Assembly: GCA_037142555.1 (NCBI GenBank)
Contig: JBAXAJ010000001.1
Coordinates: forward strand, 14,835 to 78,834
DNA length: 64,000 nt
From: Candidatus Shapirobacteria bacterium
GTDB taxonomy: Bacteria; Patescibacteriota; Microgenomatia; UBA12405
Reading direction: 5' to 3'
Under the pieces are notes generated by a model. The model searched no databases. It worked only from the letters and a program-made list of their open reading frames with translations, and was not told the origin of the DNA. Of this stretch, positions 39,843-50,067 are shown piece after piece (the stretch's first letter is position 1; every line of letters begins with the position of its first letter). The position numbers and the translations under genes were made by a program.

Positions 39843-40847
39843 ATGATTACTCGCATTCTATACATCGAAGAAAAAGACCAATACAACGCTCTAGTTAAAC
39901 ATCCACTTCAAACATGGGAATGGGGTGACTTCCAAATAACTCAAGGGCACAAGGTCTATCGTCTCGGAGTTTTTGAAGAAAATAAAATGATTTCTGTTTA
40001 TTCTGTTTCTTTTCACAAAGTTCCTAAAGTCAACTATTCTATCGGAACTCTTTTTAGAGGCCCAAAAGTTGATGAAGAAATGATTACAAACATTAAAAAA
40101 ATAGCCCAAGACGAAAATGCTATTTTTGTTAAATTCGAACCAAATGTTTTTTATCCTAGTAATATGCAATTTCCTGGGATGAAAGTTTCCCCTAAAGTTG
40201 CTTTTTATCCATATAACTTCATTGTCGATTTAACTAAAAGTGAAAATAAACTTCTAGAAGATATGCATCCAAAAACTCGTTATAACATTCGCATTGCCAA
40301 TCGTTATGGAGTTGAAATTAAAGAACAAACTGATGACGAAGGTTTTGAAATTTATTTAAAACTTCTTTTTGACACTACTAAAAGACAAGGCTTCTATCTC
40401 CACACTGAAAACTATCACCGTACTCTTTGGAAAACTTTAAAAGACACTGGAATGGTGAAAATTATGTTGGCTTCTTACCAAGGCAAGGTCTTAAGCTCTT
40501 TTATGCTTTTTAAATTAAAGAAACAACTTTATTACCCTTTTGGAGCTTCACTTGATACCAACAGGGAAGTTATGGCTCCAACTCTTCTGATGTGGGAATC
40601 AATTAAATTAGGCCAAAAATTAAAATGTAAAAGTTTTGACATGTGGGGTTGTCTTGGTCCTAATGCTAAGGAAAGTGAACAAGGCTATGGATTCCATCGT
40701 TTTAAACAAGGATTTAATGGTGAATTAGTCCAATATGTCGGCACCTATGATTTTGTTATTAATGACAATTTATACAAAACCTACAAATTAGTTGATAAAT
40801 ATCGTTGGAAATTCCTCCGTCTCAAAGCCAAACTTTTGAGAAAATAA
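39843..40847 (+). CDS. FemAB-family aminoacyl-tRNA-dependent peptidoglycan peptide-bridge transferase (tentative)
   Basis: 334 aa. TWEWGDF, KTRYNIRIANRYGV and YPFGAS motifs reminiscent of FemX/FemAB. Confidence 0.55.
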   Translation: MITRILYIEEKDQYNALVKHPLQTWEWGDFQITQGHKVYRLGVFEENKMISVYSVSFHKVPKVNYSIGTLFRGPKVDEEMITNIKKIAQDENAIFVKFEPNVFYPSNMQFPGMKVSPKVAFYPYNFIVDLTKSENKLLEDMHPKTRYNIRIANRYGVEIKEQTDDEGFEIYLKLLFDTTKRQGFYLHTENYHRTLWKTLKDTGMVKIMLASYQGKVLSSFMLFKLKKQLYYPFGASLDTNREVMAPTLLMWESIKLGQKLKCKSFDMWGCLGPNAKESEQGYGFHRFKQGFNGELVQYVGTYDFVINDNLYKTYKLVDKYRWKFLRLKAKLLRK

Positions 40848-40860
40848 GGTAAAATACACT

Positions 40861-41160
40861 ATGTCTTCAAACAAAATTACTAGAGAAGAATTGGATCACA
40901 TTTCCAAGTTGGCTCGAATTGAATTAAGCGATCAAGAAAAAACTACTTTTTTGCCACAACTCGAATCTATTCTAGAATATCTAGACATTTTAAATCAAGT
41001 CAAAACTGACAACATCACTCCAACTTATCAAGTTAATGACCAAAAGAATGTTTTGAGACAAGATATTGTTAAAGAATCTTTTTCTCAAAAAGAGGCTCTT
41101 TCAACCGCTCCAAAAACTCAAGACGCTTATTTTGTTGTCCCAGGGACTATCAAAAAATAA
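40861..41160 (+). CDS. gatC: Asp/Glu-tRNA amidotransferase subunit C
   Basis: 99 aa. ELDHISKLARIELSDQEK. Precedes gatA and gatB. Confidence 0.8.
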   Translation: MSSNKITREELDHISKLARIELSDQEKTTFLPQLESILEYLDILNQVKTDNITPTYQVNDQKNVLRQDIVKESFSQKEALSTAPKTQDAYFVVPGTIKK

Positions 41161-41162
41161 CT

Positions 41163-42626
41163 ATGGATTTAAAATCTTTAACTATCAAACAAATCCAAGA
41201 ATTGCTTTTTTCTAAAAAAATAACTGCCACCCAAATCGTCAATTTTTATTTAAATCGGATTTCCGAAATTGATCCAAAAATAAAAGCCTTCATCACCATC
41301 ACCGACAAAGTAGCCTTAAAACAGGCAGAAATTCTAGATGCCAAAATCAAAAAAGGTGAATCAGTTGGAAAACTAGCTGGAGCTGTCATGGCAGTTAAAG
41401 ACATTTTTTTAACCAAAGACATTCAAACTACTTCTAGTTCCCAAGTTTTAAATGGCTACATTCCTCAATATTCTTCAACTATCTACCAAAAACTAATTGA
41501 CCAAGACGCCATCATCATTGGAAAAACAAACACCGATCCTTTTGCTTTTGGTGGTTCAACTGAAAATTCTGGTTATTTTACAACCAAGAACCCTTGGAAT
41601 CTCTCAAAAGTTCCAGGTGGTTCTTCTGGTGGTTCAGCTGCCGCTGTGGCTGCTGATCTATGTCAATTTGCCCTTGGCACCGACACTGGTGGTTCAATTC
41701 GCCAGCCAGCTTCTATGTGTGGAGTCAGTGGTTTAAAAACAACTTATGGTCTAAATTCTCGTTTTGGAATCACCGCCATGGCTTCATCTTTTGATTGCCC
41801 TGGAGTCTTTGCAAAAAACATTGAAGATCTAGCTCTAGTGACTCAAATCACTGCCGGTCTTGACGAAAAAGACGCCACCACAGTGGATCTTTCAGTCCCA
41901 GATTATTCTAAGCTTCTAGAAAGTGTTGATTTAAAAGGTCTAAAAATTGGTCTACCAAAAGAATATTTTTCTGATCCAATAAACCCAGAAGTTAAAGAAA
42001 AAGTCATGACAGCGGCTAAGGAATTTGAAAAGCGGGGGGCCATTCTAGTAGATATTTCTCTTCCTAGCACTAATCTTGGAATTGCAGTTTACTATGTCTT
42101 AGTTCCATCAGAAATTTCTGCCAACATGGCTCGTTATGATGGCATTCGTTTTGGTCAAAACACCACTGACAATAAAGACATAACTTCTTATTATATGAAC
42201 ACTCGTGGAAAATATATGGAAGCCGAAGTTAAACGACGAATCATAATTGGAACTTATGCTCTATCTTCTGGTTATTATGATGCTTACTACACTAAAGCTT
42301 CAAAAGTCCGAACTTTAATTAAAAAAGAATTCACCGAAGCTCTAAAAAATGTCGATATAATTCTAGCTCCAGTTTCTCCAACTACAGCTTGGGACATTGG
42401 TGCCAAAAGTAATGACCCACTTCAAATGTATTTAAGTGACGCTTTCACTGTTTGTGTCAATGTTGCTGGAATTCCATCAGTTGCTCTTCCTTGTGCTTTT
42501 GATTCTCAAAAACTTCCAATTGATTTTCAATTAATCGGCAACTTTTTTGAAGAATCAAAAATTCTTTCCGTCGCTCATCAATATCAACAATTTACTTCTT
42601 TCCATAAAGAGGAGCCAAAATTATGA
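41163..42626 (+). CDS. gatA: Glu-tRNA(Gln)/Asp-tRNA(Asn) amidotransferase subunit A
   Basis: Amidase signature GGSSGGSAAAVA...GTDTGGSIRQPA. Confidence 0.9.
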   Translation: MDLKSLTIKQIQELLFSKKITATQIVNFYLNRISEIDPKIKAFITITDKVALKQAEILDAKIKKGESVGKLAGAVMAVKDIFLTKDIQTTSSSQVLNGYIPQYSSTIYQKLIDQDAIIIGKTNTDPFAFGGSTENSGYFTTKNPWNLSKVPGGSSGGSAAAVAADLCQFALGTDTGGSIRQPASMCGVSGLKTTYGLNSRFGITAMASSFDCPGVFAKNIEDLALVTQITAGLDEKDATTVDLSVPDYSKLLESVDLKGLKIGLPKEYFSDPINPEVKEKVMTAAKEFEKRGAILVDISLPSTNLGIAVYYVLVPSEISANMARYDGIRFGQNTTDNKDITSYYMNTRGKYMEAEVKRRIIIGTYALSSGYYDAYYTKASKVRTLIKKEFTEALKNVDIILAPVSPTTAWDIGAKSNDPLQMYLSDAFTVCVNVAGIPSVALPCAFDSQKLPIDFQLIGNFFEESKILSVAHQYQQFTSFHKEEPKL

Positions 42627-44053
42627 AAATAACACCAATAATCGGACTTGAAGTTCATGTCGAATTAAAAACTAAATCAAAAATGTTTTGCAGTTGTGAC
42701 GCTGAGCATTTTCATGTCGATCCAAACACTCACACCTGTCCAACTTGTCTTGGCCTGCCAGGTGCCCTGCCAGTTCCAAACAAAACTGCTTGTGAATGGT
42801 GTATAAAACTTGGGCTAGCTCTTGGTTGCACCCCAAATGAATCTAGCTTTTTTGAAAGAAAAAATTATTTTTATCCAGATTTAGCCAAAGGCTATCAATT
42901 AACTCAATACGAAAAACCATTTGTTATAAATGGAAAAATTAAAATAGGTGATCAAGAAATCAGAATTAATCGAGCTCACATGGAAGAAGACACTGGTAAA
43001 TCAGTCCACATCATTAAAAATAATGAAGAACTAACTTTAATTGATTACAATCGTTGTGGAGTTCCACTTGTCGAAATAGTTTCTGAACCAGATCTCACTT
43101 CGGCTCAAATGGCCAAAGATTATCTTCTTAAAATTCAACAAATAATTCGCTATTTAGGAATTTCTGACGCCGACATTGAAAAAGGTTCAATGCGTTGTGA
43201 ACCAACCATCAATTTAAAAATTGAAGATGGCGATCAAACTTTCTACACTCCACTTGCTGAAATTAAAAATGTTGCCTCTTTGACAGGTGTTCTAAATGCA
43301 GTTGATTATGAAATAAACCGTCAAACTGAAGAATTCCAAAAAACAAAAGAAACAAAATCAAAAACTAATAAAACCACTCGTGGTTGGGATGCCCAAAAAA
43401 ACCAAACTTTCTTACAACGCGAAAAAGAAGGTTCCTCAGACTATCGTTATTTTCCAGAACCAGACATTCCTCACATTGAATTCACTAAAGCCGAAATCGA
43501 AGCCATCAGAGCCACCATTTCCGAGCTCCCAGATGAAAAAATTGCTCGCTATAAAACAGATTTTGGTCTTTCTGATTATGATGCTAATTTAATTGCCCAA
43601 GATATCCAACTCGCTCAAGTTTTTGAACATGTTATAGAAATATTTAAAAACAAAGAAGACATAAAGTTATTTGTAAATTTATTTAATGGTGAATTTAGAA
43701 ATGAAGATATTAATATTGACAAAATTAAACCAGAGAATTGTCTCAAAATAGTCACAGCTCAAAATGAGTCTTTATTATCTTCAACATCAGCAAAAATAGT
43801 ATTTACAGAATCATACAGAACAGGTGAAGATCCAATTGAAATCGCCAAAAAACAGGGTCTAATTCAAGTCTCCGATTCTAGTCAAATTGAAAAAATTGCC
43901 AAAGAGGTGATTGATAACAATCCAAAAGCTGTCCAAGATTATCTTAAAAATCCTAATTCTGTTGGCTTTTTAGTCGGTCAATTAATGAAAGCTTCAAATG
44001 GCTCTGCCAACCCTCAACTGGCCAAAGAAATTCTAGAAAAGTTGTTAAAATAA
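42623..44053 (+). CDS. gatB: Glu-tRNA(Gln)/Asp-tRNA(Asn) amidotransferase subunit B
   Basis: GLEVHVELKT and CPTCLGLPGALP GatB motifs. C-terminal GatB/YqeY domain. ATGA overlap with gatA. Confidence 0.9.
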   Translation: MKITPIIGLEVHVELKTKSKMFCSCDAEHFHVDPNTHTCPTCLGLPGALPVPNKTACEWCIKLGLALGCTPNESSFFERKNYFYPDLAKGYQLTQYEKPFVINGKIKIGDQEIRINRAHMEEDTGKSVHIIKNNEELTLIDYNRCGVPLVEIVSEPDLTSAQMAKDYLLKIQQIIRYLGISDADIEKGSMRCEPTINLKIEDGDQTFYTPLAEIKNVASLTGVLNAVDYEINRQTEEFQKTKETKSKTNKTTRGWDAQKNQTFLQREKEGSSDYRYFPEPDIPHIEFTKAEIEAIRATISELPDEKIARYKTDFGLSDYDANLIAQDIQLAQVFEHVIEIFKNKEDIKLFVNLFNGEFRNEDINIDKIKPENCLKIVTAQNESLLSSTSAKIVFTESYRTGEDPIEIAKKQGLIQVSDSSQIEKIAKEVIDNNPKAVQDYLKNPNSVGFLVGQLMKASNGSANPQLAKEILEKLLK

Positions 44054-44058
44054 CTTTT

Positions 44059-44685
44059 CTAAACAGCTCTTATTTTCACTAAATCAGTCAATTCATTTAA
44101 ATTTCTAATTGTTTTAATTCCATTAATTTCTTCATTTGTTATTCTATTAATCCAGATAATATTAAATCGGCCGTGAGTTTTTAATTCTTCAACAACTTTT
44201 CTTTTATCGTCAATTATTGTTACTCCATCTGGTATTTTTTTTATGAAATCAGAATGTAACTTATTCCTGTCTATATAGACAGAATTTTTATCAAAAAACT
44301 TTTCAGTCCCAGAAGATTCAATTTTTGTTTTTTGAAAATCATCAAATCCTTGTGAATATACTCCTAATTTAAATTCTTCTTTTAAGTGATTCAAAACAGG
44401 AATAGTTTCAGGAAACAAAGATTTAGAATAAATACCGAATCTGTCCGAAGTAAAATCGTTTAAATCAATTTTTTTATCAAACTTTTGTTCCAAATAAGTC
44501 ACAAAATCATCTATTCTAAAATCACCAGATCTATCTAAACTATCAATATACACTTTTTTTGTTTCTAACATCTCTTCATCACAAACACCATAAACATCTG
44601 CTAAATTATGACTTAGGTTTTTTATAAATTTTTCTTTACTAAATAAGGTATCGTCCCAATCGAACAAAATTAATTTTTCTTCCAT
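44059..44685 (-). CDS. HAD-like hydrolase
   Basis: N-terminal ILFDWDDTLF (DxDxT motif I). 208 aa. Confidence 0.5.
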   Translation of the reverse strand: MEEKLILFDWDDTLFSKEKFIKNLSHNLADVYGVCDEEMLETKKVYIDSLDRSGDFRIDDFVTYLEQKFDKKIDLNDFTSDRFGIYSKSLFPETIPVLNHLKEEFKLGVYSQGFDDFQKTKIESSGTEKFFDKNSVYIDRNKLHSDFIKKIPDGVTIIDDKRKVVEELKTHGRFNIIWINRITNEEINGIKTIRNLNELTDLVKIRAV

Positions 44686-44732
44686 TGATTGTATTTTACA
44701 ACGTCAATCAGTTTTTAGGTTAAAATAAGTCA

Positions 44733-45362
44733 ATGAAATCAATAACTAACTTAGATTTAAGTAAATATGAAAAAATGTATGATAATTTTGACGGTGGACA
44801 TGACAGAAAGCATTTTATATCAGTAAGAAAATTGGCTGTTTCCTTGGCCAAAAAATATGCCCCAGATAAAATTGAATTAGCCTACATTGCTGCCACTTTA
44901 CACGATATTGGTCTTTCTGTCAGCCGAAAAAATCACGAATTAAATGGTGAAAAATTAATTAAAAAAGATAAATATTTAAAAACTAATTTATCAAAAGATG
45001 ATTTCAAAGAACTTTGTCATGCCATCAGACAGCATCGAGCCTCGACAGGTAATCCCAAAACTATTGTAGCTAAAATAGTCAGCGATTCTGACCGTAATGG
45101 TGGTTCTAACAGTTCTCCTCAAGCTCTCATTCGATCTTATAACTATGGTTTAAAGGAATTTCCAGGACTAAGCCAAGATGAACAACTTTTGGAATCAGCT
45201 AAACATCAAATGGAAAAATTTTCTAAAGGGAGTTATGGTCGTCGCACCTATTTCCCAGAAACTGAAGAAAGATTAGACAGAATATGTGATCCTATTATCA
45301 GTGCCTATAAAAAACAAGATTTAAAATATCTCAGAAGTCTAGTTAAGTCCTTGGTAAAATAG
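44733..45362 (+). CDS. HD-domain phosphohydrolase
   Basis: H ... HD pattern (KHFISVRK ... ATLHDIGL). 209 aa. It lies immediately upstream of the helicase-nuclease (4-nt gap). Confidence 0.55.
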   Translation: MKSITNLDLSKYEKMYDNFDGGHDRKHFISVRKLAVSLAKKYAPDKIELAYIAATLHDIGLSVSRKNHELNGEKLIKKDKYLKTNLSKDDFKELCHAIRQHRASTGNPKTIVAKIVSDSDRNGGSNSSPQALIRSYNYGLKEFPGLSQDEQLLESAKHQMEKFSKGSYGRRTYFPETEERLDRICDPIISAYKKQDLKYLRSLVKSLVK

Positions 45363-45366
45363 TTTA

Positions 45367-48300
45367 GTGGATAATAAATCGTTTTTATCAGAATATCAAA
45401 AATTAAACCCAGAACAAAAACTTGCTGTCGACACTATCGAAGGTCCAGTCATGGTCATTGCTGGAGCTGGAACCGGTAAAACTCAAACCATCGCTCTTCG
45501 CATTGCCAACATTTTAATCCAAACTCAAACTCCACCACAAAACATTCTTTGTTTAACCTTCACCGACACTGGAACTATTGCCATGCGTGAACGTTTAATC
45601 AAAATAATTGGTTCCGAGGCCTACAAAGTCAGAATTCATACTTTCCATTCTTTTTGTAATGAAGTAATCCAAAATAATCCAGAATATTTCATCTTTGCTA
45701 AAAATATTAAAAGTATTGAAGAGGTTGAGCGAGTTGAATTAATTCAAAAATTAATTTCTTCTCTAAATAATGGCTCTCTTCTAAAACCTTGGGGTGATTC
45801 TTTTTTCTACCAACGCGACATAATCTCTGCAATTCAATCTTTGAAAAAAGAGGGAATTTCTTCAGAAAATTTATTAAGTCTGATTAATAATCAAATTAGT
45901 TTTCTAGACAAAAACAAAGATTTAATTTCAAAATTTTTATCTATTAAATTTAGTAAAAATATAGCAGCCGAACTTTTGCCAGTTTTTGAGGAAATTTTAA
46001 GTAACAGTCAAAAAGATTCTCAAGAAGTTTATAATCACCTTCTATCTCTAAAAATTCTTTTTGAAACTAGTGGCTTTGATGTTGGTGCTGCCAAAAATCC
46101 AATTGTAAATTTCAAGAACGAAATAAAAAACTTTTTTGAATCTTTAACTAAAGATTCTCAAAAACAACTTGAACTCCATTCTTTATATTCTCAATATCAA
46201 GAAGAATTAAAAACAAATGGCCTCTATGATTTTGAAGATATGATTCTTTTTGTTTTAAAAGCTTTCAAAAAAAACCCTGAGCTTCTTTTGGAATATCAAG
46301 AAAAATATCAATATATTTTAGTTGATGAATATCAAGACACCAATTCTGCTCAAAACGAAATAATTGATCTTCTTGGTAAATATTATGAAAATCCAAACCT
46401 CTTTGTTGTTGGTGATGACGACCAATCAATTTTCCGTTTCCAAGGTGCTTCAATCGAAAATGTCTACAGTTTTTATAAAAAATATAATCCACTTCTAGTT
46501 GTTCTAAAAAACAACTACCGTTCTCATCGTCTAATTTTAGCCTCTTCTGAGAGTGTCATTAAAAATAACAAAAACCGCATCACTAATTTCATTGATGAGA
46601 TTGATAAAAGTCTAGAATCTAAAGTTGATTTCGATGCCACTCCAATCAATCTTTTCAGATCACCTGGTCTGAATGAAGAAAACTATTTCATTGCCACCAA
46701 AATTAAATCATTATTAGAGAAGGGAATTGACCCTCAACAAATTGCCGTTCTCTATCGAAATAATAATGATGTTTTTGATCTTGTCGAACATCTAAAAAAT
46801 TTAAATATTAAATATCAATTAGGCATTGATAAAAATATTTTAGAAAATAAATATATTTCTCAATTAATATTTTTATTAGAATTCATCCTCAATTCTGAAA
46901 AAAATGATTTACTTTACAAAGTTTTAGCTTCAAATTTCCTAAAAATTCCTGCTTTTGATTTATTCAAATTAACTCATTTTGCTTATAAAGAAAAAATTAA
47001 ATTAGTTTCACTTGTCTTTGTTTCTAAAAACTTTTCTAAAATAGAAAAAGATCTGTCAGAAATTGGTGCCAAAAGAATCAGAAATTTTGTCAGACGAATC
47101 ACCTTCGCAAAAAAATGGTTAGAAAATTTAAGCACCGATCGTTTCTTCAATAAAGTCATCCGTCGTTTCAAATATCTTGATTTTGTTTTAACCAGCAATA
47201 ATTTGGAATTAATAAATTTCCTAAACACTTTCTATTCTGAATTCAAAAGATTAGCTCTAGAAAAAGATTTCTCACTTCGTGACTTTCTAAATTATTTACA
47301 AACAATTAAAGAAAATGATCTAACTTTAACTGCTCCAGAAATTAGTGGTGAATCAATTAAATCAATCAGGTTAATGACAGTTCACAAATCAAAAGGACTA
47401 GAATTTGAACATGTCTTTTTATATAAATGTGCCGACAAAAAATGGGGGAATGTCACTAATCAAAATAAATTAAAACTCCCACTTGGAATTCTAAAACTCC
47501 AATCTGCTCTTCTCGAAAATGAAAGAGCCAGTGAAGACGAACGCCGACTTTTCTATGTGGCTTTGACTCGGGCTAAAAAACAAATCTACATTTCCTATTC
47601 CACCAAATCAGAAAGTGGTCGCGATCAACTCCCATCAATGTTCATTTCTGAAATTGATCCAGAAATAATTGAAGAAGTTGTTGATTCTTCAATTAATAGT
47701 GAATCTGCTCTCAAAAATATTTTTCCAAAAACTTTGCCAAAACTTGATATAAAATCTGACTTCCAAGAATATCTGGTCGACTATCTAAAAAGTAAATATA
47801 AATTTAACATCACTCATCTTAACTCCTATCTTCGTTGTCCTTTTTGTTTCTATCACAAAACTATTCTAAGAATTCCTGGCGTTCGCGACAAACACTCAAG
47901 TCTTGGTTCAGCTGTTCACGATGCCCTATCTTTTTTGCTCGAAACTCTTCGACTTGAAAATCGTTTAATAAGTTCCAAAGATTTAATAAATCGTTTTGCC
48001 GAATTTATTAAAAAAGAAAAATTATCAAAAGAAGATGAATCTGAATCACTAAAAAAAGGTGAAGAAATATTGAATGAATATTATATTAATTATGAATCTT
48101 CATTTGACAAAAATAACCTGACTGATTTTGATTTTGCCCCAAATCATGTTTATCTAGATGAAATTCCTATCACTGGGAAAATTGATGAAATCAAAATTTC
48201 TGATCAAAAAATTAATGGTAAAGAAATTGCTGAGGTTATCGACTTTAAAACTGGAAATCCAGATGGGAAATATAAAGAGCTTTCAAAAGATGGTGATTAT

Positions 48301-48564
48301 TTTCGTCAATTAGTTTTTTACAAAATTCTTTCAGACCTCGACTTAACTTTTAAATATGTTATTAATAAAGGGACAATTGATTTTGTCCAAAAAAGTAAAA
48401 GTCGAAATAAGTTTATTCAAAACTCTTTTGAATTTTCCCAAACTGACATCGACTCTTTAAAAAATTTAATTAGAGAAATCTATAAAAAAATTATTAATTT
48501 AGAATTTAATCAAATAGGTGAAGACTGTCAAGATCGAGACCATCTTCATTCACTTTTTAAATAA
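45367..48564 (+). CDS. AddA-like ATP-dependent helicase-nuclease: UvrD-type SF1 helicase with a C-terminal RecB-family PD-(D/E)xK nuclease domain
   Basis: AGAGTGKT. DEYQDTN. VGDDDQSIFRFQGA. YRS. GLEF. C-terminal nuclease motifs GKIDEI, VIDFKTG and QLVFYK. GTG start. Confidence 0.75.
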   Translation: MDNKSFLSEYQKLNPEQKLAVDTIEGPVMVIAGAGTGKTQTIALRIANILIQTQTPPQNILCLTFTDTGTIAMRERLIKIIGSEAYKVRIHTFHSFCNEVIQNNPEYFIFAKNIKSIEEVERVELIQKLISSLNNGSLLKPWGDSFFYQRDIISAIQSLKKEGISSENLLSLINNQISFLDKNKDLISKFLSIKFSKNIAAELLPVFEEILSNSQKDSQEVYNHLLSLKILFETSGFDVGAAKNPIVNFKNEIKNFFESLTKDSQKQLELHSLYSQYQEELKTNGLYDFEDMILFVLKAFKKNPELLLEYQEKYQYILVDEYQDTNSAQNEIIDLLGKYYENPNLFVVGDDDQSIFRFQGASIENVYSFYKKYNPLLVVLKNNYRSHRLILASSESVIKNNKNRITNFIDEIDKSLESKVDFDATPINLFRSPGLNEENYFIATKIKSLLEKGIDPQQIAVLYRNNNDVFDLVEHLKNLNIKYQLGIDKNILENKYISQLIFLLEFILNSEKNDLLYKVLASNFLKIPAFDLFKLTHFAYKEKIKLVSLVFVSKNFSKIEKDLSEIGAKRIRNFVRRITFAKKWLENLSTDRFFNKVIRRFKYLDFVLTSNNLELINFLNTFYSEFKRLALEKDFSLRDFLNYLQTIKENDLTLTAPEISGESIKSIRLMTVHKSKGLEFEHVFLYKCADKKWGNVTNQNKLKLPLGILKLQSALLENERASEDERRLFYVALTRAKKQIYISYSTKSESGRDQLPSMFISEIDPEIIEEVVDSSINSESALKNIFPKTLPKLDIKSDFQEYLVDYLKSKYKFNITHLNSYLRCPFCFYHKTILRIPGVRDKHSSLGSAVHDALSFLLETLRLENRLISSKDLINRFAEFIKKEKLSKEDESESLKKGEEILNEYYINYESSFDKNNLTDFDFAPNHVYLDEIPITGKIDEIKISDQKINGKEIAEVIDFKTGNPDGKYKELSKDGDYFRQLVFYKILSDLDLTFKYVINKGTIDFVQKSKSRNKFIQNSFEFSQTDIDSLKNLIREIYKKIINLEFNQIGEDCQDRDHLHSLFK

Positions 48565-48566
48565 CC

Positions 48567-48998
48567 ATGAAAATCCAATTTAAACGTTTTGATAAAAATA
48601 TAGATCTACCGATGCACAAGACCAATGGGGCAGTTGCAGTTGATTTAAGTTCTCGAATTGAAGTCACAGTTAAACCAAAAGAAATTGTCTACATTCCAAT
48701 GAATGTTGCCATCAAAATTCCTGACGGTTATTTCATCATGCAAGCTCCTCGCAGTTCTACCCACAAACTTGGTTTAATGGGAATAAATGGTGTTGGCATT
48801 TTTGATCGAGATTATTGTGGCGACACTGATGAGTATCATTTTGCTGCTTATAACTACACTGATAAAGCAGTCACTATTGAAAAAGCCACTCGTCTTGTCC
48901 AACTTCTTTTAATCAAATGCGAAAATTTTGAAATTGACGAGGTTGATAAAATGGATGATGTATCTCGTGGCGGCTTCGGCACTACTGGGGTAAAATAA
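48567..48998 (+). CDS. dut: dUTP diphosphatase
   Basis: 143 aa beta-barrel dUTPase. C-terminal motif V RGGFGTTG. Confidence 0.75.
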   Translation: MKIQFKRFDKNIDLPMHKTNGAVAVDLSSRIEVTVKPKEIVYIPMNVAIKIPDGYFIMQAPRSSTHKLGLMGINGVGIFDRDYCGDTDEYHFAAYNYTDKAVTIEKATRLVQLLLIKCENFEIDEVDKMDDVSRGGFGTTGVK

Positions 48999-49002
48999 AT
49001 CA

Positions 49003-50067
49003 ATGACATTTGTTTACATTCTTCTACTTCTAATTTTAGTCGCGATTGTTTTTTTGATTCTCAAATCTAAAAAAGCCAATTCAGAGGATCTGTCAGACGC
49101 TGTTAATACTTTATTAAAAGTTTCTGAACAAAAATTTAACGATAAGACCCAACAAATTGATGTCAATCTAAATAACAAAAAGCAAGCCATCGAAGAATTA
49201 GTTAACAGGGCATTAACTGAAATAAATAAAAATAATGCCAAAATGGAGGAAGTTGAAAAAAATCGAATCGGTTCTTTTTCCACTCTCACTGAAAAATTAG
49301 AAGAACAAAAAACTCTAACCAACCAATTAAAAATCACCACCGAAGGCCTTAAAAATGTTTTGAGTAATAATCAAATGCGCGGTCAATTTGGTGAACAAGT
49401 TGCTGAAGATCTATTAAAAATGTCTGGTTTTGTTAGTGGAATCAGTTATGACAAACAAGTCAGTGGTGATGCTTCTCGCCCAGATTTCACTGTTTACATG
49501 CCAGACGGCATGAAGATTAATGTCGATTCTAAATTCCCATACCAAAATCTGGTCAAAATGAGTGAATCTGATAATAAAGAAGAAAAAGAAAGATTTAAAA
49601 AACTTTTTGAACAAGATATCAAAACTAAAATTAAAGAGGTGACTAGTCGAGAATATATCAATCCAGAAAAAAACACCGTCGATTTTGTCATTCTTTTCAT
49701 TCCAAATGAAATGATTTTTTCCTTCATTTATGATCGTTTTCCAGACCTTTGGCAAGATGCCATGAGTAAAAAAGTTATTCTAGCTGGGCCTTTTTCGTTC
49801 ACCGCGATTTTGAGAATGGTTCACCAAGCTTATGACAATTTCCGCTATCAAAAAAATGTTGCCAACATCATCGGTTACATCAAAAAATTTGCTGAAGAAT
49901 TCGATTCCTACAATAAAGGTTTTAAAGACATTGGTAGCAGCATTGAAAGTCTTCAAAAAAAATACACTGCTGTTGATTCAACCAGAACCAATAAATTAGT
50001 CAAAATTGTTAATAAAATTAAAACTGAAGAAACTGATCCTAGTTTAAAACTTCAAGAAAATGTTTAG
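49003..50067 (+). CDS. rmuC: DNA recombination protein RmuC
   Basis: N-terminal TM helix, coiled-coil, and a C-terminal RmuC domain (RPDFTVYMPDGMKINVDSKFP ... DFVILFIPNE). Confidence 0.65.
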   Translation: MTFVYILLLLILVAIVFLILKSKKANSEDLSDAVNTLLKVSEQKFNDKTQQIDVNLNNKKQAIEELVNRALTEINKNNAKMEEVEKNRIGSFSTLTEKLEEQKTLTNQLKITTEGLKNVLSNNQMRGQFGEQVAEDLLKMSGFVSGISYDKQVSGDASRPDFTVYMPDGMKINVDSKFPYQNLVKMSESDNKEEKERFKKLFEQDIKTKIKEVTSREYINPEKNTVDFVILFIPNEMIFSFIYDRFPDLWQDAMSKKVILAGPFSFTAILRMVHQAYDNFRYQKNVANIIGYIKKFAEEFDSYNKGFKDIGSSIESLQKKYTAVDSTRTNKLVKIVNKIKTEETDPSLKLQENV

